The notes below the pieces were generated by a model. It was not told where the DNA came from. It searched no databases and saw only the letters and a program-made list of their open reading frames with translations. Shown in pieces: positions 9,294 through 19,003 of a stretch of DNA of 52,117 nt. How positions within the stretch are numbered: the first letter of the stretch is position 1; each line of letters opens with the position of its first letter. A program made the translations under genes and the position numbers. Origin of the DNA: Enterobacter phage Phc; the sequence record MZ669808.1. One strand, written 5' to 3'.

Positions 9294-10423
9294 AAAAACA
9301 ACGTTATGATAGCGTAAGGGTAAAGGCTCGGTTTGATGAAAACGGCTTTCTTGTCGATACTCCTATCGTTGCGCGAATTGGCGCGCAAACTTACTACAAG
9401 GCAGATGGAACTCCTCGGATCGAGTTCCGTCCAGCGTCGGAAGTGTTCAAGCCTGAATCACTGGCAACCTATCAGGGCAAGCCGATCACTCTCGGTCACG
9501 TAACCGTAAACAGCAAGAACGCGAAGCAGGTTGTTGTTGGTTCCTGTTCAGGCGCTGGTGTGCGAGCCGATAATGGCGTCGAGGTTCCGGTTACTGTTTA
9601 TGACAGTGAGGCAATCAACAAGGCCAAAAGCAAGATCGCGGCAGAGCTTTCTGTCGGGTATACCTCTGTTGATATTGAGGAACCAGGTTGGGGATGTAAT
9701 GAAACGGGTGAGTATATCCTGGATAAGGATAAGAACGACTCAGATCACATTCCGGCCTCATGGGTTCGGTTTGACGCGCTGCAAACTGATATCACAGTTA
9801 ACCATGTTGCAATGGTTTTCAAAGGTCGTGCTGGCATTGCGAAATTAAATCTTGATAGTGAACAGGAGTTCCCGTATGATGAACTCGTTCCTAACAAAAC
9901 TGACGAGGGTTTAGAAATGAAGAAAATCAAAATTGACGGCGTTGAGTATGAGGTTCCGATTCAGGTTGCGATTGCACTTGAGAAAGCTGACGCTGCCGTT
10001 TCCGGTATCTCTGTAAAAGTTGACGCGGCTGTTGACGCTGCCGTTGCAGTAATCACCGCCGAGCGCGATCAGTTGAAAGTGAAGGTTGACTCAATTCCTG
10101 AGCTAATCAACGCAGCTCTCGACAAGGCGAAAAAAGATGAGGCCGCTCTCGTGGCTCTCGTTGCAACAGCCGCCGATTTCGGCGTTAAAGCTGACGGACT
10201 TGACGCGAAAGCTATCAAGCTGGCAGTGATCAAAGAGGCCTCCGGCATCGACGCCAGCGCCAAAGATGACGCGTATATCGATGCATCGTTTGATTTCGCC
10301 GTAAACTCTGATAAAATGGCTCAACAGCGCCTTGCTGTAAACGGCAAAGAGAAAGGCGATAGCAATAGCGGCAAAGAGGACGCAGACGAGATCCCTAACC
10401 CTCAAAACCGTTTCCGTAAGTAA
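9290..10423 (+). CDS. DUF2213-type scaffold/prohead protease-like protein
   Basis: N-terminal ...TPIVARIGAQTYYKADG... and position upstream of capsid genes. Confidence 0.75.
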   Translation: MKKQRYDSVRVKARFDENGFLVDTPIVARIGAQTYYKADGTPRIEFRPASEVFKPESLATYQGKPITLGHVTVNSKNAKQVVVGSCSGAGVRADNGVEVPVTVYDSEAINKAKSKIAAELSVGYTSVDIEEPGWGCNETGEYILDKDKNDSDHIPASWVRFDALQTDITVNHVAMVFKGRAGIAKLNLDSEQEFPYDELVPNKTDEGLEMKKIKIDGVEYEVPIQVAIALEKADAAVSGISVKVDAAVDAAVAVITAERDQLKVKVDSIPELINAALDKAKKDEAALVALVATAADFGVKADGLDAKAIKLAVIKEASGIDASAKDDAYIDASFDFAVNSDKMAQQRLAVNGKEKGDSNSGKEDADEIPNPQNRFRK

Positions 10424-10476
10424 TACCGATCAGGGAGGTTAACTCCTCCCTAAACTTTCCATTAAGGAGAAATATC

Positions 10477-11013
10477 ATGGCTCTAATTCGTGCATCTTAT
10501 ACGGTTCATCGTGGTCAGGCTTACGTTGGTCAGATCGCAGATACCTCGCTTTACAACATCGACGGCGCTTGCGCGGCTGACGGTTCCGTTCCAATCGGCA
10601 TCCCTGTCGCGGTTCAGTCTGTGCAGCCTATCGAAGGTCACAAGGTAGTTAAGCTGGCGGTTGATAACTCTCTGCCTATCTTGGGTGTTACCATCATGTC
10701 TCACGCATACTCTCCGACTGGCTCTTACGACGACGGCGTAGCGGTCAACGTAATGACTCACGGTCGAGTATGGGTCAAGGCATCAAATGATCTGACGGAA
10801 GCGCAAGCCTCCTTTGACAAAGTCGTTTCCTTTGACGCTGACGGTGTAGTAACTGACGGCGGCGCTGTTAAAACTGGCTACAAGTTTACCGGAGAGATTC
10901 TCCAGGGTGAGCACGCAGCAGGTGAGCAGCCGTTCAAGCTGGTTAAGATTCAGGTTCTGCAATCAGTAGCGATTCCGGCTGAATCAGCGTCCCCTTCTGG
11001 TGGTGGTGAATAA
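10477..11013 (+). CDS. capsid decoration/structural cement-like protein
   Basis: Position and composition between scaffold and capsid genes; SD AAGGAG. Confidence 0.6.
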   Translation: MALIRASYTVHRGQAYVGQIADTSLYNIDGACAADGSVPIGIPVAVQSVQPIEGHKVVKLAVDNSLPILGVTIMSHAYSPTGSYDDGVAVNVMTHGRVWVKASNDLTEAQASFDKVVSFDADGVVTDGGAVKTGYKFTGEILQGEHAAGEQPFKLVKIQVLQSVAIPAESASPSGGGE

Positions 11014-11016
11014 ATA

Positions 11017-11042
11017 AAAGGGGCGTTAAGCCCCTTTCTTTT
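11017..11042 (+). terminator. terminator AAAGGGGC-gttaa-GCCCCTTT
   Basis: 8-bp inverted repeat plus T-rich tract. Confidence 0.75.
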
Positions 11043-11061
11043 TGTCTATCACAAATAACTG

Positions 11062-11089
11062 TTGACCGTTTAACAAAAAGTGCTATTAT
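11062..11089 (+). promoter_or_regulatory. Promoter D (capsid): TTGACC -N16- TATTAT, with inverted operator TAACAAAAAGTGCTA (11071-11085) in the spacer and entering the -10
   Basis: -35 11062-11067, -10 11084-11089; operator family member in reverse orientation. Confidence 0.85.
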
Positions 11090-11139
11090 GGAGCCGTGTT
11101 CAGCCAAACGGCTATATCAACCTAAAGAGGATAATCATC

Positions 11140-12093
11140 ATGACGATGAAACTTGATTCATTCGAACAGAACGACATTGTAAACGGCCTCCGCAAAATGG
11201 GCGTTGAAGCCGATAAGTGCGATCAGTTGGGTATCTGGACTGTCAACCAGCTCAAGCAAACCCTGAAACGCCAGTATGAGGCAATGTATCCTGAAACCTC
11301 AGCGCTCAAGCTTTTCCCTGTTACGACCGAGCTTGCACCAACGACCATGAATTTCGAATACCTGAAATTTGACGGCGTGGCAATGGCAAAAATCATCGCT
11401 GACTACACTGACGACCTGCCAACCGTCGAAGCGATGTCAAGCGTTGAAACTGGTCGAGTTCACCGACTCGGTAACGCCTGGTTAATCTCCATCGACGAGA
11501 TCAAAACTGGCGCGGCAATGGGTAACTCCCTGTCAGACCGTAAGGCAACGCTGGCGCGTGAAGCGCATGAAACGCTGGTTAACAAGCTGGTGTTTAAAGG
11601 CTCTAAGCCTCACAAGATTGTAAGCGTGTTTGACCATGCCAACATCTCCCGAATCACCTCCGCCCCTGGCGCTTGGGCTGATCCGGAAAAGGCGAGCGAA
11701 GAACTGACCGACCTGATTGAGAAGATCGAAACCGTTACTAACGGCCTCCACCGTGTAACTGATATCGTGATTCCTCCTTCTCAGCGTCGTCTGCTGGCTA
11801 AGCGCATGCCTGAGACTACCATGACCTATCTGGATTGGTTCAAGTCTCAGAACAACGGTATCGAAATCACTTCCATCGCGGAACTGGAAGATATCGACGG
11901 CGCTGGCACTAAAGCGGTATTGGCTTACGAGAAATCTCCGATGAACATGTCCATCGAGATTCCGGAAGCGTTTAACATGCTGCCAATGCAGCCTAAAGAT
12001 CTGCACTTCAAAGTGCCTTGCACCTCCAAAGCCACTGGCTTGATCGTGTATCGCCCTCTGACTATGGCAATGCTGGTCGGCGTAGGTCAGTAA
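11140..12093 (+). CDS. major capsid protein (DUF2184 type)
   Basis: MTMKLDSFEQNDIVNGLRKMG...; RLAKRMPETTMTYLDWFKSQNNGIEI; own strong promoter; followed by terminator. Confidence 0.85.
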   Translation: MTMKLDSFEQNDIVNGLRKMGVEADKCDQLGIWTVNQLKQTLKRQYEAMYPETSALKLFPVTTELAPTTMNFEYLKFDGVAMAKIIADYTDDLPTVEAMSSVETGRVHRLGNAWLISIDEIKTGAAMGNSLSDRKATLAREAHETLVNKLVFKGSKPHKIVSVFDHANISRITSAPGAWADPEKASEELTDLIEKIETVTNGLHRVTDIVIPPSQRRLLAKRMPETTMTYLDWFKSQNNGIEITSIAELEDIDGAGTKAVLAYEKSPMNMSIEIPEAFNMLPMQPKDLHFKVPCTSKATGLIVYRPLTMAMLVGVGQ

Positions 12094-12096
12094 TCG

Positions 12097-12127
12097 AAAG
12101 CCCCTAATTAATTTTAGGGGCTTTTTT
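12097..12127 (+). terminator. terminator after capsid gene AAGCCCCTAA...TTAGGGGCTTTTTT
   Basis: inverted repeat plus T-run. Confidence 0.88.
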
Positions 12128-12196
12128 GTTTGACTAATAAATCAAATCAATGGTAATCTACAGGCCTCAACAACAATTGACTAAGGAGTCAAGACA

Positions 12197-12562
12197 ATGG
12201 CTGGTTTAACTAAAGAGCAGAAAGCAGAACGCGCAGCGGCGGCAGCGGCGGCGGCAGAAAACGAAACCGTAACAATTCCAGAAAACGAGTTACCCCGTGA
12301 GAATCACAAGATCGTTATTCTGGTTCACGGCCTGGTGCGAATCGGCAAGCAAGATTTCGTGACAGACGACGTTGTAGAAATCACTGACGAACAGTTGCAC
12401 TCCCAGGCGATCAAGTACCTGTTTGTGAAAGGGTTCGTTGAGTTCCTGGACGCTCGCGATAAAACTCGCGAGTACGTGAAAGAGATTCGCTCAAGCAAGC
12501 GCATCAAAGAGCAGCCGGAAAAGACCGTTGAAGAACTGGAAAAAGGCGCTGAGATCAAATAA
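12197..12562 (+). CDS. hypothetical head-region protein with poly-Ala tract
   Basis: ORF with AAGGAG SD; RAAAAAAAAENE. Confidence 0.7.
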   Translation: MAGLTKEQKAERAAAAAAAAENETVTIPENELPRENHKIVILVHGLVRIGKQDFVTDDVVEITDEQLHSQAIKYLFVKGFVEFLDARDKTREYVKEIRSSKRIKEQPEKTVEELEKGAEIK

Positions 12563-12567
12563 CCTAC

Positions 12568-12594
12568 AGGGGCGCTACGGCGCTCCTTTTTTTT
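12568..12594 (+). terminator. terminator AGGGGCGC-tacg-GCGCTCCT-T7
   Basis: 8-bp stem (one G.T) plus T-run. Confidence 0.85.
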
Positions 12595-12609
12595 AACCGG
12601 AGAATCATC

Positions 12610-13017
12610 ATGAATGACTACCAGGAAATTATTGCCATCATGCGCCGCCTGGCTCCTCCTCTCGGGCAGGTTCCAGATGAGCAGCTATCCGCTTGGATTG
12701 ATTTAGCCACTCTGTTTGTTTGCGGTCACAAGTTCAAGGATAAGTATTCGTATGCACTCGCGCTGTACACCATGCACCTGATGTTTTTAGACGGCGCTAT
12801 GAAAACAGAGGACGAGGACGTAGAGAGCTACACGCGGCGAGTAACTGAATTCTCCCTGAATGGTGAATTTACGCAACGCTTTGCGAGCATCTCAAGCGAG
12901 AACCAATCAGGAAAGGTAATCCGCTCCACTCCATGGGGTAAAATGTACGAGATCCTCAATAAGAAAATGGGCGGCGGGTTTGGCCTAATTACTGGACTTA
13001 AGCGAGGTTGCCGATGA
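12610..13017 (+). CDS. head-tail connector-like protein (DUF4054 type)
   Basis: Sequence character and position. Confidence 0.65.
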   Translation: MNDYQEIIAIMRRLAPPLGQVPDEQLSAWIDLATLFVCGHKFKDKYSYALALYTMHLMFLDGAMKTEDEDVESYTRRVTEFSLNGEFTQRFASISSENQSGKVIRSTPWGKMYEILNKKMGGGFGLITGLKRGCR

Positions 13018-13388
13018 ACTACAGGCAGATTCAAAAAATGGCTACAGCAGGGATTAAGAACTTCTCTGACGATAACGGATGGTTTGACATCATTATCAGC
13101 GGCGGCGGTAAGAAGGTTGTCGGCGGTAAAGAGGTGATCACTCCAGAGGAGCGCGGAGTTGTTAAGGGGGCAATTCGTGACGTCAATGATCGTGATGTTA
13201 ACGGAGAGTCAATCCTTGCCGGAGACAAGCGAGGTTTGTTCACCTGCGATCAGGAGATCAAGCAGGGGATGAGAATCATCATCGACGGCGAATTGTATAC
13301 GGTTGTTAACGCCAGGGCTATCAAGCCAACTGGAACCGTGATCGCATATCGCCCAATCCTCCGGCGCGTGGCGGTTCCAAATGGCTAA
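13014..13388 (+). CDS. hypothetical head-tail joining protein
   Basis: ATG at 13014 overlaps upstream stop. Confidence 0.65.
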   Translation: MNYRQIQKMATAGIKNFSDDNGWFDIIISGGGKKVVGGKEVITPEERGVVKGAIRDVNDRDVNGESILAGDKRGLFTCDQEIKQGMRIIIDGELYTVVNARAIKPTGTVIAYRPILRRVAVPNG

Positions 13389-13809
13389 CTACACAATCAA
13401 GCAGTTTCATAGCACCGTTGACGAGTGGATTAAGGCGGCAGAGAGCAATCTCTTTGAGGTTGTGAAGATTGCTTGCTCTGACATCCACCGTGATTTAGTT
13501 ATGGGTTCTCCGGTCGATACAGGGCGCTTCAGGGGCAATTGGCAAATCACTTTTAACCGCATGCCGATGTACGCACTCAACCAGTACGACAAGGAGGGAG
13601 GGAAAACAATCGCAGAGGGTCAGCGAGTATTGAGCCTTTTTGGTAAAGGTTCAGGCATAACGACCATCTATTTTTCTAACATGCTCATCTACGCAAACGC
13701 TCTTGAATATGGTCACTCACAACAGGCTCCGGCTGGCGTCCTTGGGATTGTGGCTGTAAGGTTGAGATCGTACTTTGCGAAAGCGGTGAGAGAGGCGAGG
13801 GCAAAATAA
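13381..13809 (+). CDS. HK97 gp10-like / tail completion protein
   Basis: SPVDTGRFRGNWQITF motif. Confidence 0.75.
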   Translation: MANYTIKQFHSTVDEWIKAAESNLFEVVKIACSDIHRDLVMGSPVDTGRFRGNWQITFNRMPMYALNQYDKEGGKTIAEGQRVLSLFGKGSGITTIYFSNMLIYANALEYGHSQQAPAGVLGIVAVRLRSYFAKAVREARAK

Positions 13810-14213
13810 TGCACTTTGAATTATACGAGGCAAGCGCGGAGTTTGTTGCGTCAATCATTAACGATAGTGATAACGTTGTGGCCTGGGAGAATATCCCATT
13901 CACCCCTCCCGCCGACGGATCGGAATACTACCGATTCAACTACAAGGAGGCCGACACGGTAACGACATCTCTTGATCGTAAGTGCGCTTACTTTGTGGGG
14001 ATGGTTCAGGTTGATGTTGTGTTTTCGCCTGGCTCAGGCGTTAGTGTAGCAAGAAAGTTAGCCGCCGATGTTGCAAAAAGTGCTGTCGATGGTACAATGC
14101 TTTCGACAGGTTATATATTATCTCGTGGCGCGGTTCATCCCGTCCAAAAATCAGATACGGGCTGGTTTATTCCGGTTCGGTTCTATGTTCGATGTGAAAC
14201 AAAAGGAGCATGA
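13809..14213 (+). CDS. tail terminator-like protein (DUF4128 type)
   Basis: Position and sequence character. Confidence 0.65.
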   Translation: MHFELYEASAEFVASIINDSDNVVAWENIPFTPPADGSEYYRFNYKEADTVTTSLDRKCAYFVGMVQVDVVFSPGSGVSVARKLAADVAKSAVDGTMLSTGYILSRGAVHPVQKSDTGWFIPVRFYVRCETKGA

Positions 14214-14214
14214 T

Positions 14215-14871
14215 ATGCACTTACCAAACGGTTCTCAAATCTTTGTTGAAAATACGCGTGATACTGAGGTTGCAGTTACCAAACTCACCAACGCAAAAAA
14301 CCCCGTCGCTACCGTAGCGGACGGCACTAAGTTTAAGGCTGGTGATTACGCGCTGGTAACTTTCTCAAGCTGGGCGGCTCTGACAAACCGCGTTGTTCGT
14401 ATCAAGTCAGTGGCAACCAACGACCTGACTATTGAGGGCTTTGACTCCTCTGATATGAACAAATATCCGGCTGGCGCTACCGCGTCAATCGTGAAAATCT
14501 TGACCTGGGTTGAAATCCCTTGCGTTCAGGATCTGGCTCAGGAAGGTGGTGAGCAGCAGTTCTATAACTACCAGTGCCTGGCGGATGACCGAGAGCAGCA
14601 GTTACCGACGTTCAAGTCCGCCGTGTCTCTGACCTATACTTTCGCGCACGAATACGACAACCCGATCTATCCGGTTCTGTCGAAAGCTGAGGACTCAGGC
14701 GAAGTCAAAGCCCTCCGCATGTTCATCCCGAAAGCTAAAGAAATGCGCATGTACTCCGGTGTGCTGTCGTTCAACGACATCCCACAGACAACCATGAACG
14801 AAATGGAAACCGTTTCTCTCGCAGTGGCACTGAAGGGTAAATTTGAATCAGTTCCGGCTGACGTGGTGTAA
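14215..14871 (+). CDS. major tail tube protein
   Basis: Start re-assigned to ATG 14215 (SD AAGGAG); size and position upstream of chaperones. Confidence 0.8.
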   Translation: MHLPNGSQIFVENTRDTEVAVTKLTNAKNPVATVADGTKFKAGDYALVTFSSWAALTNRVVRIKSVATNDLTIEGFDSSDMNKYPAGATASIVKILTWVEIPCVQDLAQEGGEQQFYNYQCLADDREQQLPTFKSAVSLTYTFAHEYDNPIYPVLSKAEDSGEVKALRMFIPKAKEMRMYSGVLSFNDIPQTTMNEMETVSLAVALKGKFESVPADVV

Positions 14872-14875
14872 AATT

Positions 14876-14904
14876 AAGGGAGGGCTATTGCTCTCCCTTT
14901 TCTT
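14876..14904 (+). terminator. terminator AAGGGAG-n10-CTCCCTTTT
   Basis: perfect 7-bp stem and T-rich tail; overlaps the next promoter. Confidence 0.8.
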
Positions 14905-14915
14905 TTGTGTATAAT
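14888..14915 (+). promoter_or_regulatory. Promoter TTGCTC -N16- TATAAT followed by CAACGAAAC leader
   Basis: -35 14888-14893, -10 14910-14915, leader motif 14921-14929 at the same N5 offset as in operator promoters. Confidence 0.75.
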
Positions 14916-14953
14916 CAACGCAACGAAACAACAAACCAATGAGGTATATAGAA

Positions 14954-15280
14954 ATGGCTAAGATGAAACTGACTATCAAAAAGCGCCCAAACTTCAAGCT
15001 GAAACTTGAGCTACAAATGCCGGACACTGACGACCTCGCCGTTGTAGTCCTGGATGTTGAGCACCGCAAAGCCAAAGAGCTTGGCGCTCTGTTTAACGCC
15101 GCTCCAGAGGATCGCCTTGATGACGTGACTTTCTTCAAAGAGTTCGTCAAGGGTTGGGATCTGGAGGAGGAGTTTAACGATGAAAACATTCAGGAAGTAA
15201 TTGAGTGGTTCCCGAATATCATGGTCACGTTCACTTACGAGTACATGAAAGCGCTGACGGGTCAGCGAGTAAAAAACTAA
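14954..15280 (+). CDS. tail assembly chaperone, short form
   Basis: MAKMKLTIKKRPNFKLKLELQMPDTDD...; slippery AAAAAAC immediately before stop. Confidence 0.8.
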   Translation: MAKMKLTIKKRPNFKLKLELQMPDTDDLAVVVLDVEHRKAKELGALFNAAPEDRLDDVTFFKEFVKGWDLEEEFNDENIQEVIEWFPNIMVTFTYEYMKALTGQRVKN

Positions 15281-15600
15281 AAAGGGCTGTTTTCTTACTT
15301 CACCAAAAGCCGCCAACAGACGCAGAGCTAGAGGCCGCAGGATTCACGCGAGCCGATTACGAAGATGATGAGGATAACCTTGAGGAGGTTGTTTTCTCTG
15401 AGGAAATGGCGGCATCTTGGGAACTATTTCACGCGATGTCAACACAGTGGAGATATGCTCCGAGCGGTGTTATTACAGGGCTTGATTATAATACCTTCCC
15501 AATGGTGGCAAAACTCTATAAAATAGAGGATGAGGAAATAGCCTTTGAAGATTTAAGAGTTCTCGAACGTGCAACGCTCGAAATAGCTCACAAACAATAG
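14954..15600 (+). CDS. tail assembly chaperone, -1 frameshift fusion form
   Basis: A AAA AAC heptamer 15271-15277 in zero frame; -1 frame is open to 15600 (KLKRAVFLLHQKPPTDAELEAAG...). Confidence 0.75.
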
Positions 15601-15624
15601 CGCTCCTCGTGGGCGCTTTTTTTA
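15599..15624 (+). terminator. terminator AGCGC...GCGCTTTTTTT
   Basis: inverted repeat plus T-run. Confidence 0.7.
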
Positions 15625-15638
15625 TACCTGGAGGTTTT

Positions 15639-18578
15639 ATGTCTGAAAATCAAATCGCTGGCTTGAGTATGTCGGTCGACGTTAGCCAGGTGAATGATGC
15701 GACTAAATCCCTTGCCAACTTTAAACAGGCCAACAACGAGACAAAGAGAAGCGTTGAAGATCTGGCAGCGGCTGAGGCAATGGCGCGAGCCAAAGCAAAA
15801 GCCCTCAAAGAGGAGCAGGAGAAATTAGCGGCTGAAACACTGGAGCTTAAGCGCGGTCTTGACGGCGTTATCAAGTCGATCGATCCGACAGCAGGAAAGA
15901 TGCAAAAGCTTGCCAAGGCAGCGGAGCAATTAGACCGAGCCTGGGAAAAGGGCATCGTACCGGACAAGGAGTTTTTCCGCCTCGGTGAGGTGATCGATAA
16001 CCAATCAGCCAAGTTACGCAATGCACAGCTAGCCTTGACCGAGGAAGGGCGTGCAGCAATTGAGAACTCCAAGGCCAAGCAGCGAGCAACAAACGCGAGC
16101 AAGTCATTCCTGGATAGCCTGAAAGAACAGGCTGAAACGACAGGGATGAGCAAGATCGAATTGCTGGAGTACCGCGCCGCGCAAATGGGCGTAACTCAAC
16201 AAGCCGCTCCGTTAATCGCCAAGCTGAACCAGCAAAACAAAGCGATGAACGTTGCAGGATTGAGCGCGGGACGATACCGCATGGCAATGCAACAGTTGCC
16301 AATGCAAATCACGGACGTGGTTACTTCCCTGGCGTCAGGTATGCCGATCTGGTTGGTGGCAATCCAGCAGGGCGGACAGATCAAAGATAGCTTTGGCGGC
16401 GTGTCGAATACGTTCAAGTTGCTGTTGCAGCAGGTCACTCCTTTGCGCGTTGCGATGGTTGGCTTTGTTGGCGCTCTTGCTGGAGTAGGCTTGTCAGCTT
16501 ACGACGCATACAAGGCGACACGGCAGTTTGAAACGTCACTCATCCTGACAGGTAATTACGCGGCAACGTCGGCGGGTCAGTTGTCAGAGTTGACTCAGGA
16601 ACTAAACAAGAACAGTCTTTCAACGATTGGCGCTCTTGATAAAGTCGCTGGCACGCTGGCGAGTTCCGGAAAGTACACGTTGAACCAGATCAAGGAAATC
16701 ACGGCTGTAACTGCGGATTGGTCAGAGGTTACTGGCGAGTCAACTGACAAGATTATCGGCTACTTTGACGACATCGCAAAAGATCCGGTTAAAGGCCTGG
16801 CGAAGCTTAACGAACAATTCAACTTTTTAGATAAAGGTCAGTTAACCTACATCTCTAATCTTGAAAAGACGAAAGGCAAAACGGCGGCAGTCACAGAAGC
16901 ATCAAAGCTATTCGCTGACGTGATGGAAAACCGAATCGCCAAGATCGCAGACACCGCAACGCCTCTTGAAAAGATGTGGACAGATATTAAAAAGTGGTCT
17001 GCGGACGCGTGGCGCTGGGTTGGTGATCACACCATTGGAGCGCTCAACCTGATTACTGACGTTGTAGCCGGAACCATTGAGCAGATCAGATACTTGATTA
17101 ACTCAGGCGATATCATGATCAGTCAGTTCGTCGTTGACACCGCGAACGTGATGAGCAAGATTCCAGGGACTAGCAATTTCTTCAAAGGGATTGCAAAGGA
17201 GCAACAGCAGTTTGTTGACGACACCAAGCAGAAGAACGCCGATCTGTTAAAGTCGATTGCAGAACGTGACGCGCGAATCCGTAAAGGTGAGATGGGTTAC
17301 ATCGAAGCAGCCAAGAAGCGTGGCGAGACCGATAAGCAGTACAGCGAGCAAACAAAGGATGCGGTACGGAAAGAGGCGGAGCAGCTTGCCAAAAAGAACG
17401 CGGTTAGAAAGCAAGGTGTTGCTGATGGTATCAAGATCAGCGAACAATACCAGGCTGAACTACTGGCGCTTGAGGCTCAGTTAAAAGTGCTACAGGATCA
17501 CAAGGCGCTTGACGACAAGATTTCACAGCAGCGTAAAACCTACTGGAACGACGTCGCCAAATTCCAGATCCTTGAGCAAGCGGCGAAAACGAGAACGCTG
17601 ACGGCAGACGAGAAATCACTACTCGCCAACAAGTCAATCATTCTCGCATACTCCGAACAGAAAGCCTTGCTTGGTGACAAGATCGTAAACCAAGAACGAA
17701 TGAACGCCCTGCTTGACAAGAGCGCGAAAACGATTCTTGAACTCGATCAGAAAATGGCCTCTATGGACGCCACAAAGGGAATGGGTGACATGGCGAAGAA
17801 ACGCGCCGATGAAGTCGCCAAGATGAAAGCCGATTGGGAAAAGAACGGCGGGAGCCTTGACGATAAAGCCTATAAGGATATGGAGAAAAAGCAGCAGGAC
17901 TACTATGACAGAGAGGATGCGTTGCGCTCTGATTGGTTGGCTGGCGCTGCAAATGGTTTCGCTACCTGGGCGGAGAACGCCGGAAACATGTACGCGCAAA
18001 CCGGAGCTATTGCACAGGCTACAATGTCAGGAATGACTGACGAGATCACTAATTTCGTCACTACAGGTAAGGCTGATTTTGCTGACTTTACGGCGAACAT
18101 TCTCAAAATGATCTCCAAGATGTTGGTTCAAATGGCGTTGCTTAATGCGATGAAAGCGGCTTTTGGTGGCACTGCCTTTGGCAACATGATGGGCTTTAGC
18201 AGTCACGCCCAAGGCGGACACGTCGGTTTTGCTGGCGGCGGATTCACTGGTCACGGCGGCAAGTACGAGCCAGCGGGCATTGTTCACAAGGGTGAGTTTG
18301 TATTCACCAAGGAGGCAACGAGTCGGATCGGAGCTAAGAACCTCTACAGGATGATGAGGGGCTACGCTAACGGCGGTCAAGTTGGCGGCTCATCTTCTGG
18401 CGGTGGTAGCGGTGGCGGTGTTGCAATCGGCATCGGTGATGTTAACATTACCGGAATGGGCGGAGTTGACCAATCAGCAGCTAAAGGAATGGAGCAAGGC
18501 GTTCGTCAGATTGTCCTGGATGTCCTCACTAAAGAGTGCAGCCAAGGCGGGAGAATTTACCAGCTTGTGAGGGGCTAA
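15639..18578 (+). CDS. tape measure protein
   Basis: About 980 aa, alpha-helical, WMAA/AQ-rich, tail position; start re-assigned to MSENQIAG after GGAGG. Confidence 0.92.
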   Translation: MSENQIAGLSMSVDVSQVNDATKSLANFKQANNETKRSVEDLAAAEAMARAKAKALKEEQEKLAAETLELKRGLDGVIKSIDPTAGKMQKLAKAAEQLDRAWEKGIVPDKEFFRLGEVIDNQSAKLRNAQLALTEEGRAAIENSKAKQRATNASKSFLDSLKEQAETTGMSKIELLEYRAAQMGVTQQAAPLIAKLNQQNKAMNVAGLSAGRYRMAMQQLPMQITDVVTSLASGMPIWLVAIQQGGQIKDSFGGVSNTFKLLLQQVTPLRVAMVGFVGALAGVGLSAYDAYKATRQFETSLILTGNYAATSAGQLSELTQELNKNSLSTIGALDKVAGTLASSGKYTLNQIKEITAVTADWSEVTGESTDKIIGYFDDIAKDPVKGLAKLNEQFNFLDKGQLTYISNLEKTKGKTAAVTEASKLFADVMENRIAKIADTATPLEKMWTDIKKWSADAWRWVGDHTIGALNLITDVVAGTIEQIRYLINSGDIMISQFVVDTANVMSKIPGTSNFFKGIAKEQQQFVDDTKQKNADLLKSIAERDARIRKGEMGYIEAAKKRGETDKQYSEQTKDAVRKEAEQLAKKNAVRKQGVADGIKISEQYQAELLALEAQLKVLQDHKALDDKISQQRKTYWNDVAKFQILEQAAKTRTLTADEKSLLANKSIILAYSEQKALLGDKIVNQERMNALLDKSAKTILELDQKMASMDATKGMGDMAKKRADEVAKMKADWEKNGGSLDDKAYKDMEKKQQDYYDREDALRSDWLAGAANGFATWAENAGNMYAQTGAIAQATMSGMTDEITNFVTTGKADFADFTANILKMISKMLVQMALLNAMKAAFGGTAFGNMMGFSSHAQGGHVGFAGGGFTGHGGKYEPAGIVHKGEFVFTKEATSRIGAKNLYRMMRGYANGGQVGGSSSGGGSGGGVAIGIGDVNITGMGGVDQSAAKGMEQGVRQIVLDVLTKECSQGGRIYQLVRG

Positions 18579-18580
18579 GA

Positions 18581-18931
18581 ATGGCGTTAGAAACTTTTAC
18601 CTGGTGTACGCAGGTTCAAAATAACGGGGGCGCTGGGAGCGTCTCCGATAACGTGAGAGGCATCCAGTTTGGTAACGGATTTCGCCAGTTGGCGACATCC
18701 GGCCTCAACACTATAAGGCGTGAGTTCAACATCGTTTACGCTGGCAAGTCCTGGAGTGAGGTTTACGACTTCATGACCAGGCACACATACAAGCCTTTCA
18801 TCTGGAGAGCGCCCGATGGTAAGTTGGGGGTTTTCACGGTAAAGAGTGGATCCATTGCCACAAGGCCATTAAAGATGGGAATGCTTGAGGTAACTTGCCA
18901 GGTTAGCGAGGAGTTCACAAGCGCACGATAA
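18581..18931 (+). CDS. minor tail protein (lambda M-like)
   Basis: MALETFTWCTQVQNNGGAGSVSDNVRGIQFGNGFRQ; position. Confidence 0.8.
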   Translation: MALETFTWCTQVQNNGGAGSVSDNVRGIQFGNGFRQLATSGLNTIRREFNIVYAGKSWSEVYDFMTRHTYKPFIWRAPDGKLGVFTVKSGSIATRPLKMGMLEVTCQVSEEFTSAR

Positions 18932-18935
18932 GCTA

Positions 18936-18967
18936 AAAGGCTGCCTTTCGGGGTGGCCTTTTTTATT
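18936..18967 (+). terminator. terminator AAAAGGC...GCCTTTTTT
   Basis: inverted repeat plus T-run. Confidence 0.7.
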
Positions 18968-19003
18968 GTACAATGTTCGAACCATTTAAACGGAGGGCTT
19001 GAC

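Noticed and set aside
12220-12260. GCGGCAGCGGCGGC tract as a functional DNA repeat
   Set aside because: Simple codon repetition for a poly-Ala linker in a head-region protein.
14068-14214. Extended N-terminus of the tail tube ORF and similar upstream extensions in the ORF track (2845, 15609, 18536, 18953, 25070, 51041)
   Set aside because: Internal ATGs with good SD and correct spacing after the previous stop or promoter are preferred.
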